Assembly: GCA_050952625.1 (NCBI GenBank)
Contig: JBMNLH010000001.1
Coordinates: 704,001 to 768,000, forward strand
DNA length: 64,000 bases
Source of the DNA: Bacillota bacterium
GTDB taxonomy: Bacteria > Bacillota > Ch66 > Ch109
Reading direction: 5' to 3'
The position numbers and the translations under genes were made by a program. Of the stretch, positions 8,711 through 19,232 are shown piece after piece. The notes under the pieces are model-generated. The model did no database searches, had not been told where the DNA came from, and saw only the letters and a program-made list of their open reading frames with translations. Position 1 is the first letter of the stretch, and every line of letters starts with the position of its first letter.

Positions 8711-9100
8711 ATGAGTTATGACTTATCAAGGGTCGTAGCCGAACTTATGCTGGAACCGGAAGAATTACTCGAAGTCTATCAATCTTTTTTTCGGGAAACC
8801 AGGCAAAATCTGGTTAACTGCCACAAGGCCCTCGCTACAGCTAATCATGACACCTTGCCTGGTATATTTCATTCAATAAAAGGTTCTGCTTTAAATTTGC
8901 GGATGACGGAACTGGCCGAACTATTACTTGAGATGGAAAACTTATACAATAAGGGTAATTTAAGAGAAGTAGCACAGCGCATACCGGATTTGGAACAAAA
9001 GGTAAGGTCAATAGAAAGCAGTGTAATTCGCTATTATTCCGCTAATTTCTTTTCTGGATATGAGAATTGCCCTAATGAGTATGATCGTTCCAGTAATTAA
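8711..9100 (+). CDS. stand-alone Hpt phosphotransfer protein
   Basis: FHSIKGSALNL (HxxKGS) in a helical 129-aa protein. Confidence 0.85.
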   Translation: MSYDLSRVVAELMLEPEELLEVYQSFFRETRQNLVNCHKALATANHDTLPGIFHSIKGSALNLRMTELAELLLEMENLYNKGNLREVAQRIPDLEQKVRSIESSVIRYYSANFFSGYENCPNEYDRSSN

Positions 9101-9112
9101 ACCCTGTTTTAG

Positions 9113-10111
9113 TTAGCCCTCCGCCAGCAAGAGTAACGTTGGTGATGCGAAATCATGGTGAATAAGAAAATCTTCCTTTTCTAGCATCTGACAAAATATT
9201 TCAACTAATTCTGGATCCCATTGAGGTCCTTCATTTTTATGCAAAATTTTCCAGGCGGCACTTTTACTGTAGGCCTTACGGTATGACCGGTCCGTAGTTA
9301 AAGCGTCGTAAGCATCAGCAATGGCCATAATCCGAGCCCCAAGGGGGATGGTCGTTCCCTTTAAACCATCCGGGTATCCCTTTCCGTCAAAACGTTCATG
9401 GTGATGACGAATGATAGGGAGAATCGGTTCAAAGGCGGATATTGATGAACAGATTTTTTCCCCAATTAAGGGATGTGATTTAATCACTTCAAATTCATCC
9501 GGGCTTAATGCCTCTGGTTTACAAAGGATGCGATCCTTTATCCCAATCTTACCAAGATCGTGAAGAAATCCGGCTACCTTGATATGTTTTTGTTCAGAAT
9601 CAGACAGCATCAATCGTTTGGCTAGTTTCCCAGCATAATAAGACGTCCGCAGAGAATGGTTGGCACTGTAGTCATCTTTAGCTTCCATGGCAGTTGCCAG
9701 AGATACAACAATGTGTTGGACCATTACTAGTTCCTCCTGCAGCTTCTTAATCCGCAGTAAAGATTTGACTCGAGCCTTCAATTCTAAAGGATTAAACGGT
9801 TTAGAAATAAAATCATCTGCTCCTTTTTCTAAGGATTTTATTTTTTCATCCATTCCCTGTAGTGTCGAAACTAAAATGACCGGGATTAACCAGGTAGCTG
9901 GATTGTTTTTCAGAGTGGACAGAACCGAATACCCATCTGGCTTAGGCATAATAATATCTAGAATTATTAGATCAGGCTTCTTTGCTATGGCTAGCCTGAG
10001 GGCAGCCTCACCGTTACTGGCTTCGATAATAGTGTATTCCTTGAGGAGTTTTCGTAACAGAAGACGATTAATCTGCTGATCGTCAACAATAAGTATTTTT
10101 GGTCTTTTCAC
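9113..10111 (-). CDS. response regulator with HD-GYP c-di-GMP phosphodiesterase domain
   Basis: REC (ILIVDD, LDIIMP, KPF) plus HDLGK, HHERFDGKGYP; start set at GTG 10111 behind a GAGGAG SD. Confidence 0.92.
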   Translation of the reverse strand: MKRPKILIVDDQQINRLLLRKLLKEYTIIEASNGEAALRLAIAKKPDLIILDIIMPKPDGYSVLSTLKNNPATWLIPVILVSTLQGMDEKIKSLEKGADDFISKPFNPLELKARVKSLLRIKKLQEELVMVQHIVVSLATAMEAKDDYSANHSLRTSYYAGKLAKRLMLSDSEQKHIKVAGFLHDLGKIGIKDRILCKPEALSPDEFEVIKSHPLIGEKICSSISAFEPILPIIRHHHERFDGKGYPDGLKGTTIPLGARIMAIADAYDALTTDRSYRKAYSKSAAWKILHKNEGPQWDPELVEIFCQMLEKEDFLIHHDFASPTLLLLAEG

Positions 10112-10342
10112 AATGATACTGCTCTCCTCTCTATACCTAAGCAGGTGAGTTAGATGAATCAATATAGATTAAATCTAATAGTTATAGAAGTATTAACCTA
10201 AGAATTAGATAAGTCTAAGTGGTGGTGTAGATATCGTTTTGAGGAGGCTGATATCTATAACTTTCGTCACTGTTTGATACAATCTTACATATGTGAAAAT
10301 TTTTATTTAATCTCTTTTTTGGACGATTTCTTTTATCTGGAC

Positions 10343-10370
10343 TATTCGACAAATTCATCTATTTTCCTGC
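10343..10370 (-). promoter_or_regulatory. putative sigma-H promoter overlapping a Spo0A box
   Basis: GCAGGAAAA...TGTCGAATA on minus strand; TGTCGAA matches the 0A box. Confidence 0.55.
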
Positions 10371-10437
10371 TTGCATTTCCGTTATCGCTTATGCCGAGAT
10401 AGATTTGTTACGATAGTATAGTTGGGGGTGAAAGTCG

Positions 10438-10971
10438 ATGGTCATTTATAAGAATAAAGAAACGCATAAGTATAATACGGAATCAGACAAGATAGTTGCT
10501 AAAGGTAATAGGTTTAAACGTTCTAACGATGAACAAGGATTATTTGAAGAAGAGAGCCGAATCATCAGAAGGTACTTGGAAGATTGCGGTTTTTCTTGGC
10601 GAGATGAGCTAAGTTTTTCCGACAACGTAATCAATATTTTTGAAACTTATAATGAAAAACTAAAAGCAACCAGAGATGAATTAGAAAAAATATCAGCGGA
10701 AAAATGGATTGTGCAAAGGTTTATTGTGGAAAGGGATATGGCGCGTAATAAAACAGTTGAGTTGCAAAATGAACATAAAGTCTTATTGGAGAGAATCAAC
10801 GAATTACAGGAAGCCCTTCAGGAAGCACGACTTAAAATGCGTAACCAGGAAGAGCATGTTACAGAACTGGAGGTTGAAGTAAAACAGCATCGCTTACATA
10901 CCCAAAATTTGGAGGAAGAACGCAAGCTATTACGTTGGCAGATTGCTCAGTTACAAGAGGCCGCAAAGTAG
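10438..10971 (+). CDS. hypothetical coiled-coil protein
   Basis: GGGGGTG SD; E/Q/L heptad-rich C-terminal half. Confidence 0.7.
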   Translation: MVIYKNKETHKYNTESDKIVAKGNRFKRSNDEQGLFEEESRIIRRYLEDCGFSWRDELSFSDNVINIFETYNEKLKATRDELEKISAEKWIVQRFIVERDMARNKTVELQNEHKVLLERINELQEALQEARLKMRNQEEHVTELEVEVKQHRLHTQNLEEERKLLRWQIAQLQEAAK

Positions 10972-11015
10972 ACTTTGTGCAGCTTAGCGGCATCAACCAA
11001 AATGAAAAACCATGT

Positions 11016-13154
11016 CTATTTTCGAAGTAGCATTTGTAAATTCTCTTGACTCGGTGTTACATAAATGGTTTGTTGATGATCATAAATAACATAGCCTGGT
11101 TTAGCTCCGGCCGGTTTTCGGACATGACGACGCAAAACAAAGTCGACCGGAACGGAACTGGAGTGGCGAGCCTGGCTGAAGTAAGCTGCTAAAAGGGCTG
11201 CCTCACGGATTGTTTGACTGCTTACGCCTAGATCAGGCAGCCAGACAGGGGTTGGAGAGCCGTCGTCTACCCTGCCGTGTACCCCGTTGGCTTCGGTTAC
11301 CATCTTATTGGTTCGAATAATTACATGAGAACCAGGTATTTCTTTTACGTGCAGCCAGACATCATTTTTTCGGGCCAATCTCATCGTCAAGAGATCATTT
11401 TGCTTATTGTTCTTTCCAACCAGGATTTCATAACCATCGGAGGACCGGAAGGACATAAAGCTCACTTCACTGTCTTGGAGTTTCGCTAGCTGACCGGACT
11501 TTGTTTTTGAATTAGACTGTCTAGTTTTATTGTTCTTACTTCTTGCCCCAACCGTCTTCTTGGCCGCTGATTTCTTCTCTCCGTAACGCGGGCTTTGCTC
11601 ATTTGAGCTGTCCGGCTTCTTGGGAGCTGAACCGTTTTTTCCTCTAAATCGCCCAGTTGTCATTAGTAGCTTTTCCTCAACTGGCTGGGGTCGCCGGTAA
11701 CCTTGCTCAATCAACTCCAGACTAATTTCTTCTAAGTCTTCTAGAGTGGTTGCTAATTCAAGCGATTGTTTAACTGATTCCAGGTAGGCAACTTCCTCTC
11801 GGCTGAGGCGCAACTGATCTTGGACCACTTCTAGACTGCGCCGGGCTTTATTATATAACTTAAAATAGTGCTGGGCATTTTCCGCCGGTGTCAGTTGGGG
11901 GAATAGGCTAATAGTTACAAAGGCATCACCCGGTTCAGTGATGTTTTTTAGCGTGATTTCTTCCATTCCCCGAGATATTTGATAAAGATAGGTCATCAGG
12001 AGCTGGCCAGAAAGGCGGTAGCGTTCGGCCTCCTGGACATCAGACAAGCTTTCCTCGCGCAAGGAAAGTTTGCGATAGGCCCGTCCTAACTCCGACTCTA
12101 GATTTCGCATAAGCGACTGCTTTAAACTAGACCAACGAAGCTGACGCTGTTTTAATTGAAAAAAGGTGTCTAGCAATTCGTTCATCTTCGGGAACTGGTA
12201 AGCTTGCCGGGATTGGCTTGCCAGATGGTGCAGCGAGACCGCGGCAAATTCAACCAAGTCTATGGACCGGGGAAAGGCCAGCCATTGTTTAATGAGTACG
12301 CTAAGATTTGCTTGATTTGCAGCAATCTCTTTCGGATTAGTCGATAATCCGGTTTGGGTGGAATTTTCCATCTGACTGCTAATTACCAAAGTGGGTTGAA
12401 ATTCCCGATCGATTAAAGACCTTTGAATTTGGCTAAACGACTGTTCCAGCCGGGAAAGCTCATATTCGCCACACTCTTCAAGCAGCGTGTGTTCATTGAG
12501 CCCAGCCCGGTAAACCATCTCTCGAGCCAGAACTGCACTAATCCCTGATAGCTTTTGGAAGAGGACCCGAAATACTGGTTGGCTCCAGTCCCCGGTCAAA
12601 ATCAGGTGGCGTAGTTCCTCCGGTTTAATCTCCTGAGGATCTTTTTTATCCTGAGGAGGGGGGGCCAAGTAGGGTTTCCCCGGGAGTACCTCGCGGTGCC
12701 GGCTCAAGGCATGGGAGTATCTTTTGATTCCATCTAAGATCAGTCCAGACTTTTCATCATAGAGAATAATATTACTGTGTTTGCCCATTATTTCACAGAC
12801 CAGCACCTTTTTGGTTAGGTCTCCTATTTCATCGACGGATTCAACGGTCAACCGAAGAATGCGCTCCAGATTTGGCTGTTCAATTTGCACTATTCGGCCA
12901 CCTTCCAAATGTTTACGGAGGACCATGCAAAAAAGCGGAGGTTGAGTTGGATTGGGTTTATTTTCATTGGTCAGGTGAACGCGGGCTCTTTCAGCCTGAG
13001 CCGAAAGCAACAGCCGATAGTTCTGGCCGGGTTGACGCAGGATCAAATGGATTTCTTCACGTTCCGGTTGGAACACCCGGTCAACCCGAGCATTCAAAAG
13101 GTTTTTGGTTAACTCATGAGTTACTGCTGCCAAGACTAGCCCGTCAAAAGCCAC
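11016..13154 (-). CDS. rqcH: Rqc2/FbpA ribosome quality-control factor
   Basis: MAFDG, FCMVLRKHL, EIMGKHSNIIL, GKNNKQND, WLHVKEIPGSHV. Confidence 0.93.
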   Translation of the reverse strand: MAFDGLVLAAVTHELTKNLLNARVDRVFQPEREEIHLILRQPGQNYRLLLSAQAERARVHLTNENKPNPTQPPLFCMVLRKHLEGGRIVQIEQPNLERILRLTVESVDEIGDLTKKVLVCEIMGKHSNIILYDEKSGLILDGIKRYSHALSRHREVLPGKPYLAPPPQDKKDPQEIKPEELRHLILTGDWSQPVFRVLFQKLSGISAVLAREMVYRAGLNEHTLLEECGEYELSRLEQSFSQIQRSLIDREFQPTLVISSQMENSTQTGLSTNPKEIAANQANLSVLIKQWLAFPRSIDLVEFAAVSLHHLASQSRQAYQFPKMNELLDTFFQLKQRQLRWSSLKQSLMRNLESELGRAYRKLSLREESLSDVQEAERYRLSGQLLMTYLYQISRGMEEITLKNITEPGDAFVTISLFPQLTPAENAQHYFKLYNKARRSLEVVQDQLRLSREEVAYLESVKQSLELATTLEDLEEISLELIEQGYRRPQPVEEKLLMTTGRFRGKNGSAPKKPDSSNEQSPRYGEKKSAAKKTVGARSKNNKTRQSNSKTKSGQLAKLQDSEVSFMSFRSSDGYEILVGKNNKQNDLLTMRLARKNDVWLHVKEIPGSHVIIRTNKMVTEANGVHGRVDDGSPTPVWLPDLGVSSQTIREAALLAAYFSQARHSSSVPVDFVLRRHVRKPAGAKPGYVIYDHQQTIYVTPSQENLQMLLRK

Positions 13155-13198
13155 CTTAAACTCCCCCTCACCCTAAAATCACTTAGGCAACATCCTTC

Positions 13199-13228
13199 AT
13201 TCTAGCATTCCTCAGAAAAACCTGTCAA
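13199..13228 (-). promoter_or_regulatory. sigma-A promoter for rqcH
   Basis: TTGACA-18-TAGAAT with TG extension. Confidence 0.65.
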
Positions 13229-13291
13229 TTCAGTGGTAAATTGCATAATTAAATAATAAGGACTTGTGAGGTTGACGGAGGGTACCCTGCG

Positions 13292-13370
13292 GTCATTGCT
13301 CTGAATATAACCATTTATTCGTTTATTGTGGTGCGGTCAACGCATGATAATTCTGAGCGGACCGAAAAAT
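13292..13370 (+). repeat. dispersed repeat family A copy
   Basis: Reverse-complement match to 30375-30454 and 21900-21975. Confidence 0.85.
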
Positions 13371-13422
13371 TTTATAATTGAAACAAGGGGACCGCTCTTT
13401 TACTTCGTAGAAGGAGGGATTT

Positions 13423-13941
13423 TTGATGGGTAAAACTAAACAACCGTATGACCGGGAAAAGGCAGTGGCCTATGCAGATCGGTGGTGGAATGACTATAAT
13501 CCCGCTTACCGGCGGTTTGACAATAATGATTGCACTAATTATGTTTCCCAGGTTCTCCGAGCGGGAGGGGCCCCTATGAGCCGGATAGGGCAGGTCGATC
13601 AAGGCTGGTGGTATCTTGGTCATGGTGGAGCCAATGATCGCTGGAGTTACAGCTGGTCCGTGGCTCACAGTTTACGCTGGTATTTGTCAAGAAGCAAGTC
13701 TGGGCTTATTGTGGTAGAGATCACCGACGCCCGGGAGCTGGAGCTTGGAGATGTGATATGCTATGACTTTGATGGTGATGGCCGCTGGCAGCATAATACC
13801 GTAGTCACCGCTTTTGATGCGCAGGGTCAGCCCTTGGTCAATGCGCACACGGAAAACAGCTACCACCGGCTGTGGCGGTATGAGGATTCTCCTGCCTGGA
13901 CCCCGCAGATAAAGTACTCTTTTTTTCACATTGTCACTTAA
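13423..13941 (+). CDS. putative amidase domain protein (YhbB/Amidase_6-like)
   Basis: YDREKAVAYA, DCTNYVSQ, GDVICYD, H..V, VNAHT. Confidence 0.8.
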   Translation: MMGKTKQPYDREKAVAYADRWWNDYNPAYRRFDNNDCTNYVSQVLRAGGAPMSRIGQVDQGWWYLGHGGANDRWSYSWSVAHSLRWYLSRSKSGLIVVEITDARELELGDVICYDFDGDGRWQHNTVVTAFDAQGQPLVNAHTENSYHRLWRYEDSPAWTPQIKYSFFHIVT

Positions 13942-14027
13942 GATTTTACAACGCAACTGACATAACTCTCCTGAGAACGGAATAGGTTGTACTTGGAAGA
14001 ACCTATTTGAATTAGGAGGGGGATGCC

Positions 14028-16823
14028 ATGGATGCTAAACAATGGTATCAGATGAGCGTTGAAAATGCAGTTCAAAGCCTACAGGTTAAGCTCGACTATG
14101 GCCTGACGTCTGAGGAGGTTAACCAGCGGCTGGCCAGCCATGGTCCCAATAAAATGATTGAGGAAAAAAGGAAACCGGCCTGGCAAATGCTTTTAGCGCA
14201 GTTTAAAGATTTTATGGTGCTGACCTTACTGGTGGCAGCGATCATTTCCGGCTTCTTAGGCGGCGTGACGGATACCATCACGATTATGGCGATTGTTGCC
14301 TTGAATGCGATTCTCGGCTTCATTCAGGAATACCGGGCCGAAAAATCAATTGCGGCTTTAAAAAAACTGTCTGCCCTTGAAGCTCGAGTGATCAGAGATG
14401 GCCGGGAAGTTAAGATTCCCGCTGAGGCCCTAGTGCCCGGTGATTTAGTTAATTTAGAAGCCGGTACTCGAATACCGGCTGATTTACGGCTCCTCAAAGC
14501 GGTTAATTTGGAAGTGGAAGAAGCGGCACTGACCGGCGAATCAGTACCAGTTCGGAAAAACATTGAGCCTCTAACTGCCGATCAGGTACCATTAGGTGAC
14601 CGGCGAAATATGGCCTATGTGGGCACCTCGGTTACTCGTGGCCGGGGTCAGGGAGTTGTGGTTTCGACCGGGATGCAGACTGAATTAGGGAAAGTTGCCG
14701 GGATGATTCAACAAGCAGAAGAGGAAGATACCCCCCTGCAGCGAAGACTAGCCCAAATGGGTAAGATACTAGTTATTGGTTGTCTGTTGATCTGTGCCTT
14801 AGTTGTGGGAGTAGGCATGTGGCGGGGCGAAAACCTGTACCATATGTTCATGGTTGGGGTTAGTTTAGCGGTAGCCGCTATTCCTGAAGGGCTGCCGGCC
14901 ATTGTCACAGTCGTTTTAGCCGTCGGGGTCCAAAGGATGATCCGGCGTCGAGCCATAGTTCGTAAACTGCCCGCAGTAGAAACGCTGGGTTGTGCGACGG
15001 TTATCTGTTCGGATAAGACCGGTACCTTAACGAAAAACGAGATGACAGTCCGAAAGCTTTATTTGGATGGCCGCGTTGTCGAAGTAACCGGGGATGGCTA
15101 TGCGCCGTATGGTAAATTTCAGTTTGGCAATCAGTCTTTGGACGTAAAAAGCAACCCAACTCTCCAGCAGTTGCTAAAAATAGGCACGTTGTGTAACAAT
15201 GCTCGTCTAGAGCCGGGATCGAGCAGTCATAATGGCCAATTAAAAACGTTTCGCAAACTGTGGCAGAAGGCACCGGCCGAAGACGCTTGGTCGATCATTG
15301 GCGATCCGACTGAGGGATCACTGGTCACTTTAGCAGCCAAGGGTGGTTTGTGGCAGCGGGAATTGGCCAAGCATGAGCAACGGGTCGCCGAAAATCCATT
15401 TGAATCAGAACGGAAGCGGATGAGTGTAGTTTATCGAAAGGGTAAGGGTCAGCTTTTTTGTTACGTGAAAGGAGCCCCGGACATAATTCTGGAAAAGTGT
15501 AACCGGATTTACATTCGTGGCCAAATCCGACCACTGGAGACCGGCGAAAGAAAGCGCATTGACCAATTGAATAGTCAACTCGCTGCCGAAGCTTTACGGG
15601 TCCTGGCTCTAGCCTACCGGCCATTGGCCGAAGGGGAGAGTTTGCGCCCAGAAAAGGTGGAACAGGATCTGATTTTTGTTGGTCTAGCCGGCATGATTGA
15701 TCCTCCCCGCCCGGCGGCTATCAAAGCTGTTCAAGATGCCCGGCAAGCTGGTATCCGTTCGGTAATGATTACTGGCGATCACCCGGCAACAGCTTTGGCG
15801 ATTGCTCAAGAAATGAGCATAGCCAAAGCAGACAGTCAAGTTTTGACCGGCCTAGCTTTGGATCGTCTAACCGATGACGATTTGGCCAAGCGGATTGATG
15901 AGGTAACTGTTTTTGCTCGAGTTTCTCCGGCCCACAAAGTCCGGATCGTTCGAGCCTTAAAACAGAAAGGCCACATTGTCGCGATGACTGGGGATGGGGT
16001 TAATGATGCCCCAGCGGTTAAGGAAGCAGACATTGGCATAGCGATGGGCAAAACCGGGACGGATGTAACCAAGGAAGCCTCAGCTATGGTTCTGGCGGAT
16101 GATAACTTTGCGACAATTGTCTCGGCGATAGAAGAAGGCCGCAGCATTTATGATAATATTCGTAAATTTATTCGTTATCTATTAGGTTGTAACATTGGCG
16201 AGGTTCTGACTATGTTTTTAGCTCCGCTGATGGGATTCCCCCTGCCCTTGTTGCCGATTCAGATTCTTTGGGTCAACTTAGTGACCGATGGTCTGCCAGC
16301 TTTGGCCTTAGGGGTTGATAAAGGCGATCCGGATATTATGGAACGTCCGCCCCGTCATCCGCGGGAAAGTATTTTTGCCCGGGGATTGGGCAAGGGAATA
16401 ATCTGCCGGGGGATAGAAATTGCTTTGGGGACACTGTTGGTTTTCCTGTTTTCTTTGTACTATTGGGGTGATGGGAGTGCCGAGGCTTTAAAGCTGGCCC
16501 AAACAACTGCCTTTTGTTCACTTGTTTTCTTTCAATTATTTTTCGTATTTCAGTGTCGTTCAGAAACTCATTCAGTATTTGAGATCGGCTTTCTGGGCAA
16601 CCCTTACTTGATTTTAGCGGTTGCGGTTTCGACCGCGATGCAACTAGCAGTAGTCTATGTTCCGCTGCTGTCTTCAGTATTTGGGACTGTTCCTTTGGCG
16701 GCCGAACAATGGCTGTTAGTCCTGTTAATCCCCGGCTTGCGTCAACTAATCAGTTTGTCAAGTTATATTGGTAGCCGTACTTTTGGCCGAAAGCTTATGT
16801 TTTGGAAAATTAAAATATCGTAA
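14028..16823 (+). CDS. yloB: cation (Ca2+)-transporting P-type ATPase
   Basis: TGES, PEGL, DKTGT, KGAP, GDGVND. Confidence 0.93.
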   Translation: MDAKQWYQMSVENAVQSLQVKLDYGLTSEEVNQRLASHGPNKMIEEKRKPAWQMLLAQFKDFMVLTLLVAAIISGFLGGVTDTITIMAIVALNAILGFIQEYRAEKSIAALKKLSALEARVIRDGREVKIPAEALVPGDLVNLEAGTRIPADLRLLKAVNLEVEEAALTGESVPVRKNIEPLTADQVPLGDRRNMAYVGTSVTRGRGQGVVVSTGMQTELGKVAGMIQQAEEEDTPLQRRLAQMGKILVIGCLLICALVVGVGMWRGENLYHMFMVGVSLAVAAIPEGLPAIVTVVLAVGVQRMIRRRAIVRKLPAVETLGCATVICSDKTGTLTKNEMTVRKLYLDGRVVEVTGDGYAPYGKFQFGNQSLDVKSNPTLQQLLKIGTLCNNARLEPGSSSHNGQLKTFRKLWQKAPAEDAWSIIGDPTEGSLVTLAAKGGLWQRELAKHEQRVAENPFESERKRMSVVYRKGKGQLFCYVKGAPDIILEKCNRIYIRGQIRPLETGERKRIDQLNSQLAAEALRVLALAYRPLAEGESLRPEKVEQDLIFVGLAGMIDPPRPAAIKAVQDARQAGIRSVMITGDHPATALAIAQEMSIAKADSQVLTGLALDRLTDDDLAKRIDEVTVFARVSPAHKVRIVRALKQKGHIVAMTGDGVNDAPAVKEADIGIAMGKTGTDVTKEASAMVLADDNFATIVSAIEEGRSIYDNIRKFIRYLLGCNIGEVLTMFLAPLMGFPLPLLPIQILWVNLVTDGLPALALGVDKGDPDIMERPPRHPRESIFARGLGKGIICRGIEIALGTLLVFLFSLYYWGDGSAEALKLAQTTAFCSLVFFQLFFVFQCRSETHSVFEIGFLGNPYLILAVAVSTAMQLAVVYVPLLSSVFGTVPLAAEQWLLVLLIPGLRQLISLSSYIGSRTFGRKLMFWKIKIS

Positions 16824-16943
16824 TTTAAATGAAAAACACCCGGGAGGGATTTTGATTTATTTGGTATAATATTATATAACGCCGGCAAGTTAGGGACTTA
16901 AAGGCTGTAGACAAAGAATGAACTGTTATAAGGAGGATATTGT

Positions 16944-17825
16944 TTGTTAAGAAGTATGACCGGTTTTGGCCGGGGAGAAGCAGTAATTACAGGCAAACGA
17001 ATAACTGTGGAAATAAAGTCGGTTAATCATCGTTACTGTGAGGTTGCGACTCGTTTGCCCCGAATTTACTCAGCCCTAGAAGAAAAAATAAGACGGACTG
17101 TCCAGGCGCGGGTTTCTCGGGGACGCCTGGACGTTTTTGTGAATGTTGTCCAAGAGGGAGAAAAAACTGCTCTGGTAAAGGTTGACAAGGGATTAGCCAT
17201 GGCTTATTATAATTCTCTAAGAGAATTGGGCGAACTGCTGCAGATTTCGCCCGAAATCACCGCTGAACAGCTTTCACATTTTCCTGGAGTCTTAGTGCTT
17301 CAGGAAGAGGAAGATGATCTGGATATCTTATGGTCCGGCCTGGAAGAGGCGATTATTTTGGCGATGGACAGTTTAGTAGAAATGAGGGAAATCGAAGGAA
17401 ACCGCCTTAACTACGATATTATACATAGAATAGGCAAAATTGAGCAATTTATAAATGAAATTAGTGTTCAAGAACCGAAGGTAGTTAATAATTATCGGGA
17501 ACGATTAAGCAACCGGGTCCGGGAGCTGATTAGTGACCAACTAGTAGTTGATGAGAGCCGACTGGCTACCGAGGTAGCTGTGTTTGCGGAACGTTGTAAT
17601 ATAACCGAAGAACTAGTTCGCCTAAACAGCCATCTAACGCAGTTTCGGCAGCTTATTAATTCCGATGATTCAATTGGTCGCAAGCTGGACTTTCTGGTTC
17701 AGGAACTGCACCGAGAGGCTAATACAATCGGTTCCAAAGCGAATGACGCCGAGATTTCCCATTTAGTAGTCGAAATTAAAAGTGAATTAGAAAAAATCAG
17801 AGAACAAATTCAAAATGTAGAGTGA
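16944..17825 (+). CDS. yloC: YicC/YloC endoribonuclease
   Basis: MLRSMTGFG, GRKLDF, REANTIGSK, REQIQNVE. Confidence 0.93.
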   Translation: MLRSMTGFGRGEAVITGKRITVEIKSVNHRYCEVATRLPRIYSALEEKIRRTVQARVSRGRLDVFVNVVQEGEKTALVKVDKGLAMAYYNSLRELGELLQISPEITAEQLSHFPGVLVLQEEEDDLDILWSGLEEAIILAMDSLVEMREIEGNRLNYDIIHRIGKIEQFINEISVQEPKVVNNYRERLSNRVRELISDQLVVDESRLATEVAVFAERCNITEELVRLNSHLTQFRQLINSDDSIGRKLDFLVQELHREANTIGSKANDAEISHLVVEIKSELEKIREQIQNVE

Positions 17826-17926
17826 ACTCCTCCAGTTCGCGGAACATCAAGACTTCAGATGGAGACTTCACTCCACCTGAGGTTATAAACAAAGCGGCCG
17901 CACTTATATAAGGGGGAGCCTTTTGA
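17822..17926 (-). repeat. dispersed repeat family B copy 2 (degenerate), overlaps yloC stop
   Basis: Reverse complement aligns with 599-707 and 46334-46443. Confidence 0.8.
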
Positions 17927-18007
17927 AGAATTAAGCGATAACCCGTAGATTAGATAATAATTCAGCGAGGAGGTGAATCCTGGTATAGACAACTGCCAGG
18001 AATTGGG

Positions 18008-18280
18008 GTGGAGATTAAATTAATCAATATCGGATTCGGCAATATCGTCTCTGCAAATCGGATTGTTGCGATTGTTAGCCCTGAATCAGCACCAATAAAA
18101 CGAATTATCCAAGAAGCTAGAGAACGTGGGATGCTGGTCGATGCTACTTATGGACGGCGAACCAGAGCGGTTATCATCTCGGATAGTGATCATGTTATTT
18201 TATCAGCCGTGCAACCGGAAACAGTCGCCAACCGGTTATCTGTTAAGGAAGCATCTCATTCAGTAGATGATTCCGAGTAA
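18008..18280 (+). CDS. remA: RemA/YlzA (DUF370) regulator
   Basis: LINIGFGN...[12 protein letters not shown]. Confidence 0.93.
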   Translation: MEIKLINIGFGNIVSANRIVAIVSPESAPIKRIIQEARERGMLVDATYGRRTRAVIISDSDHVILSAVQPETVANRLSVKEASHSVDDSE

Positions 18281-18316
18281 GGCAACTTTTCTTTTATTTA
18301 AGGAAAGGAATTATTA

Positions 18317-18916
18317 ATGACCCGGGAAGGAATTCTATTGATCATTTCCGGCCCCTCCGGGGTTGGCAAAGGAACATTATGTGCTGCCTTGCAAAAGGAC
18401 ATGCCAGAATTAAGTTTTTCGATTTCAGCGACTACTCGTTCCCCGCGGCCGGGGGAAGTCCATGGAAAAAATTATTTTTTTTATTCCCGCTCAGAATTCG
18501 AGGCGATGATTAAACGCGACGAATTTTTGGAGTGGGCAGTTGTTTATGACAATCTTTACGGAACACCTAGACAATATGTCATGGATGTCCTTAGTCAAGG
18601 GAAAGATATAGTTCTAGAAATAGATATCCAGGGAGCCCGCCAAATAAAGAAAAGATTTCCTCAGGGTGTGTTTATATTTATCGTTCCGCCCTCTCGGGAT
18701 GAACTAGCCAATCGCTTAGCTCAACGCGGAGCAGATTCAAAGGAAGAAATTGAGCGAAGGATTAATTTAGCTGGTCAGGAACTAGAGAATGCCGCCGATT
18801 ATGACTATATAGTACCCAATGCCGATCTGGAAAAAGCGGTGCAGATACTAAAATCAATTTTGGTGGCGGAAAGGTGTCGGGTGGCACGTAACCGAGTGGA
18901 TATTCCGGGGTTCTGA
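18317..18916 (+). CDS. gmk: guanylate kinase
   Basis: GPSGVGKGT, TTRSPRPGE, YGT. Confidence 0.96.
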   Translation: MTREGILLIISGPSGVGKGTLCAALQKDMPELSFSISATTRSPRPGEVHGKNYFFYSRSEFEAMIKRDEFLEWAVVYDNLYGTPRQYVMDVLSQGKDIVLEIDIQGARQIKKRFPQGVFIFIVPPSRDELANRLAQRGADSKEEIERRINLAGQELENAADYDYIVPNADLEKAVQILKSILVAERCRVARNRVDIPGF

Positions 18917-18932
18917 TAAAGGGGGAGGTTTC

Positions 18933-19145
18933 GTGGATAAAAGACATACGACAGAGAAGTTGATGGCTAAAGTTGGAGGAAGCAAGTATACCCTAGTCGT
19001 GGCTGCAGCCAAAAGAGCCCGTCAATTGACGGAAGGCCAATCACCCCAGGTAACTCATAAGTCAAACAAACCGGTGTTAATTGCCCTCCGGGAGATAGAG
19101 GCCGGTAAGGTTAAGTGGCAAGGGACTGCAGGTGGAATTAAGTAA
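18933..19145 (+). CDS. rpoZ: RNA polymerase omega subunit
   Basis: SKYTLVVAAAKRARQL...KPVLIALREI; synteny. Confidence 0.93.
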   Translation: MDKRHTTEKLMAKVGGSKYTLVVAAAKRARQLTEGQSPQVTHKSNKPVLIALREIEAGKVKWQGTAGGIK

Positions 19146-19232
19146 ACCTGATAAGGGCTTGCCTGTCGGTAAGGGGGGACTGTCTAAAACAGTACCCTTT
19201 CTGTTTTATGCTCAACATAAGGGGGAATAACG

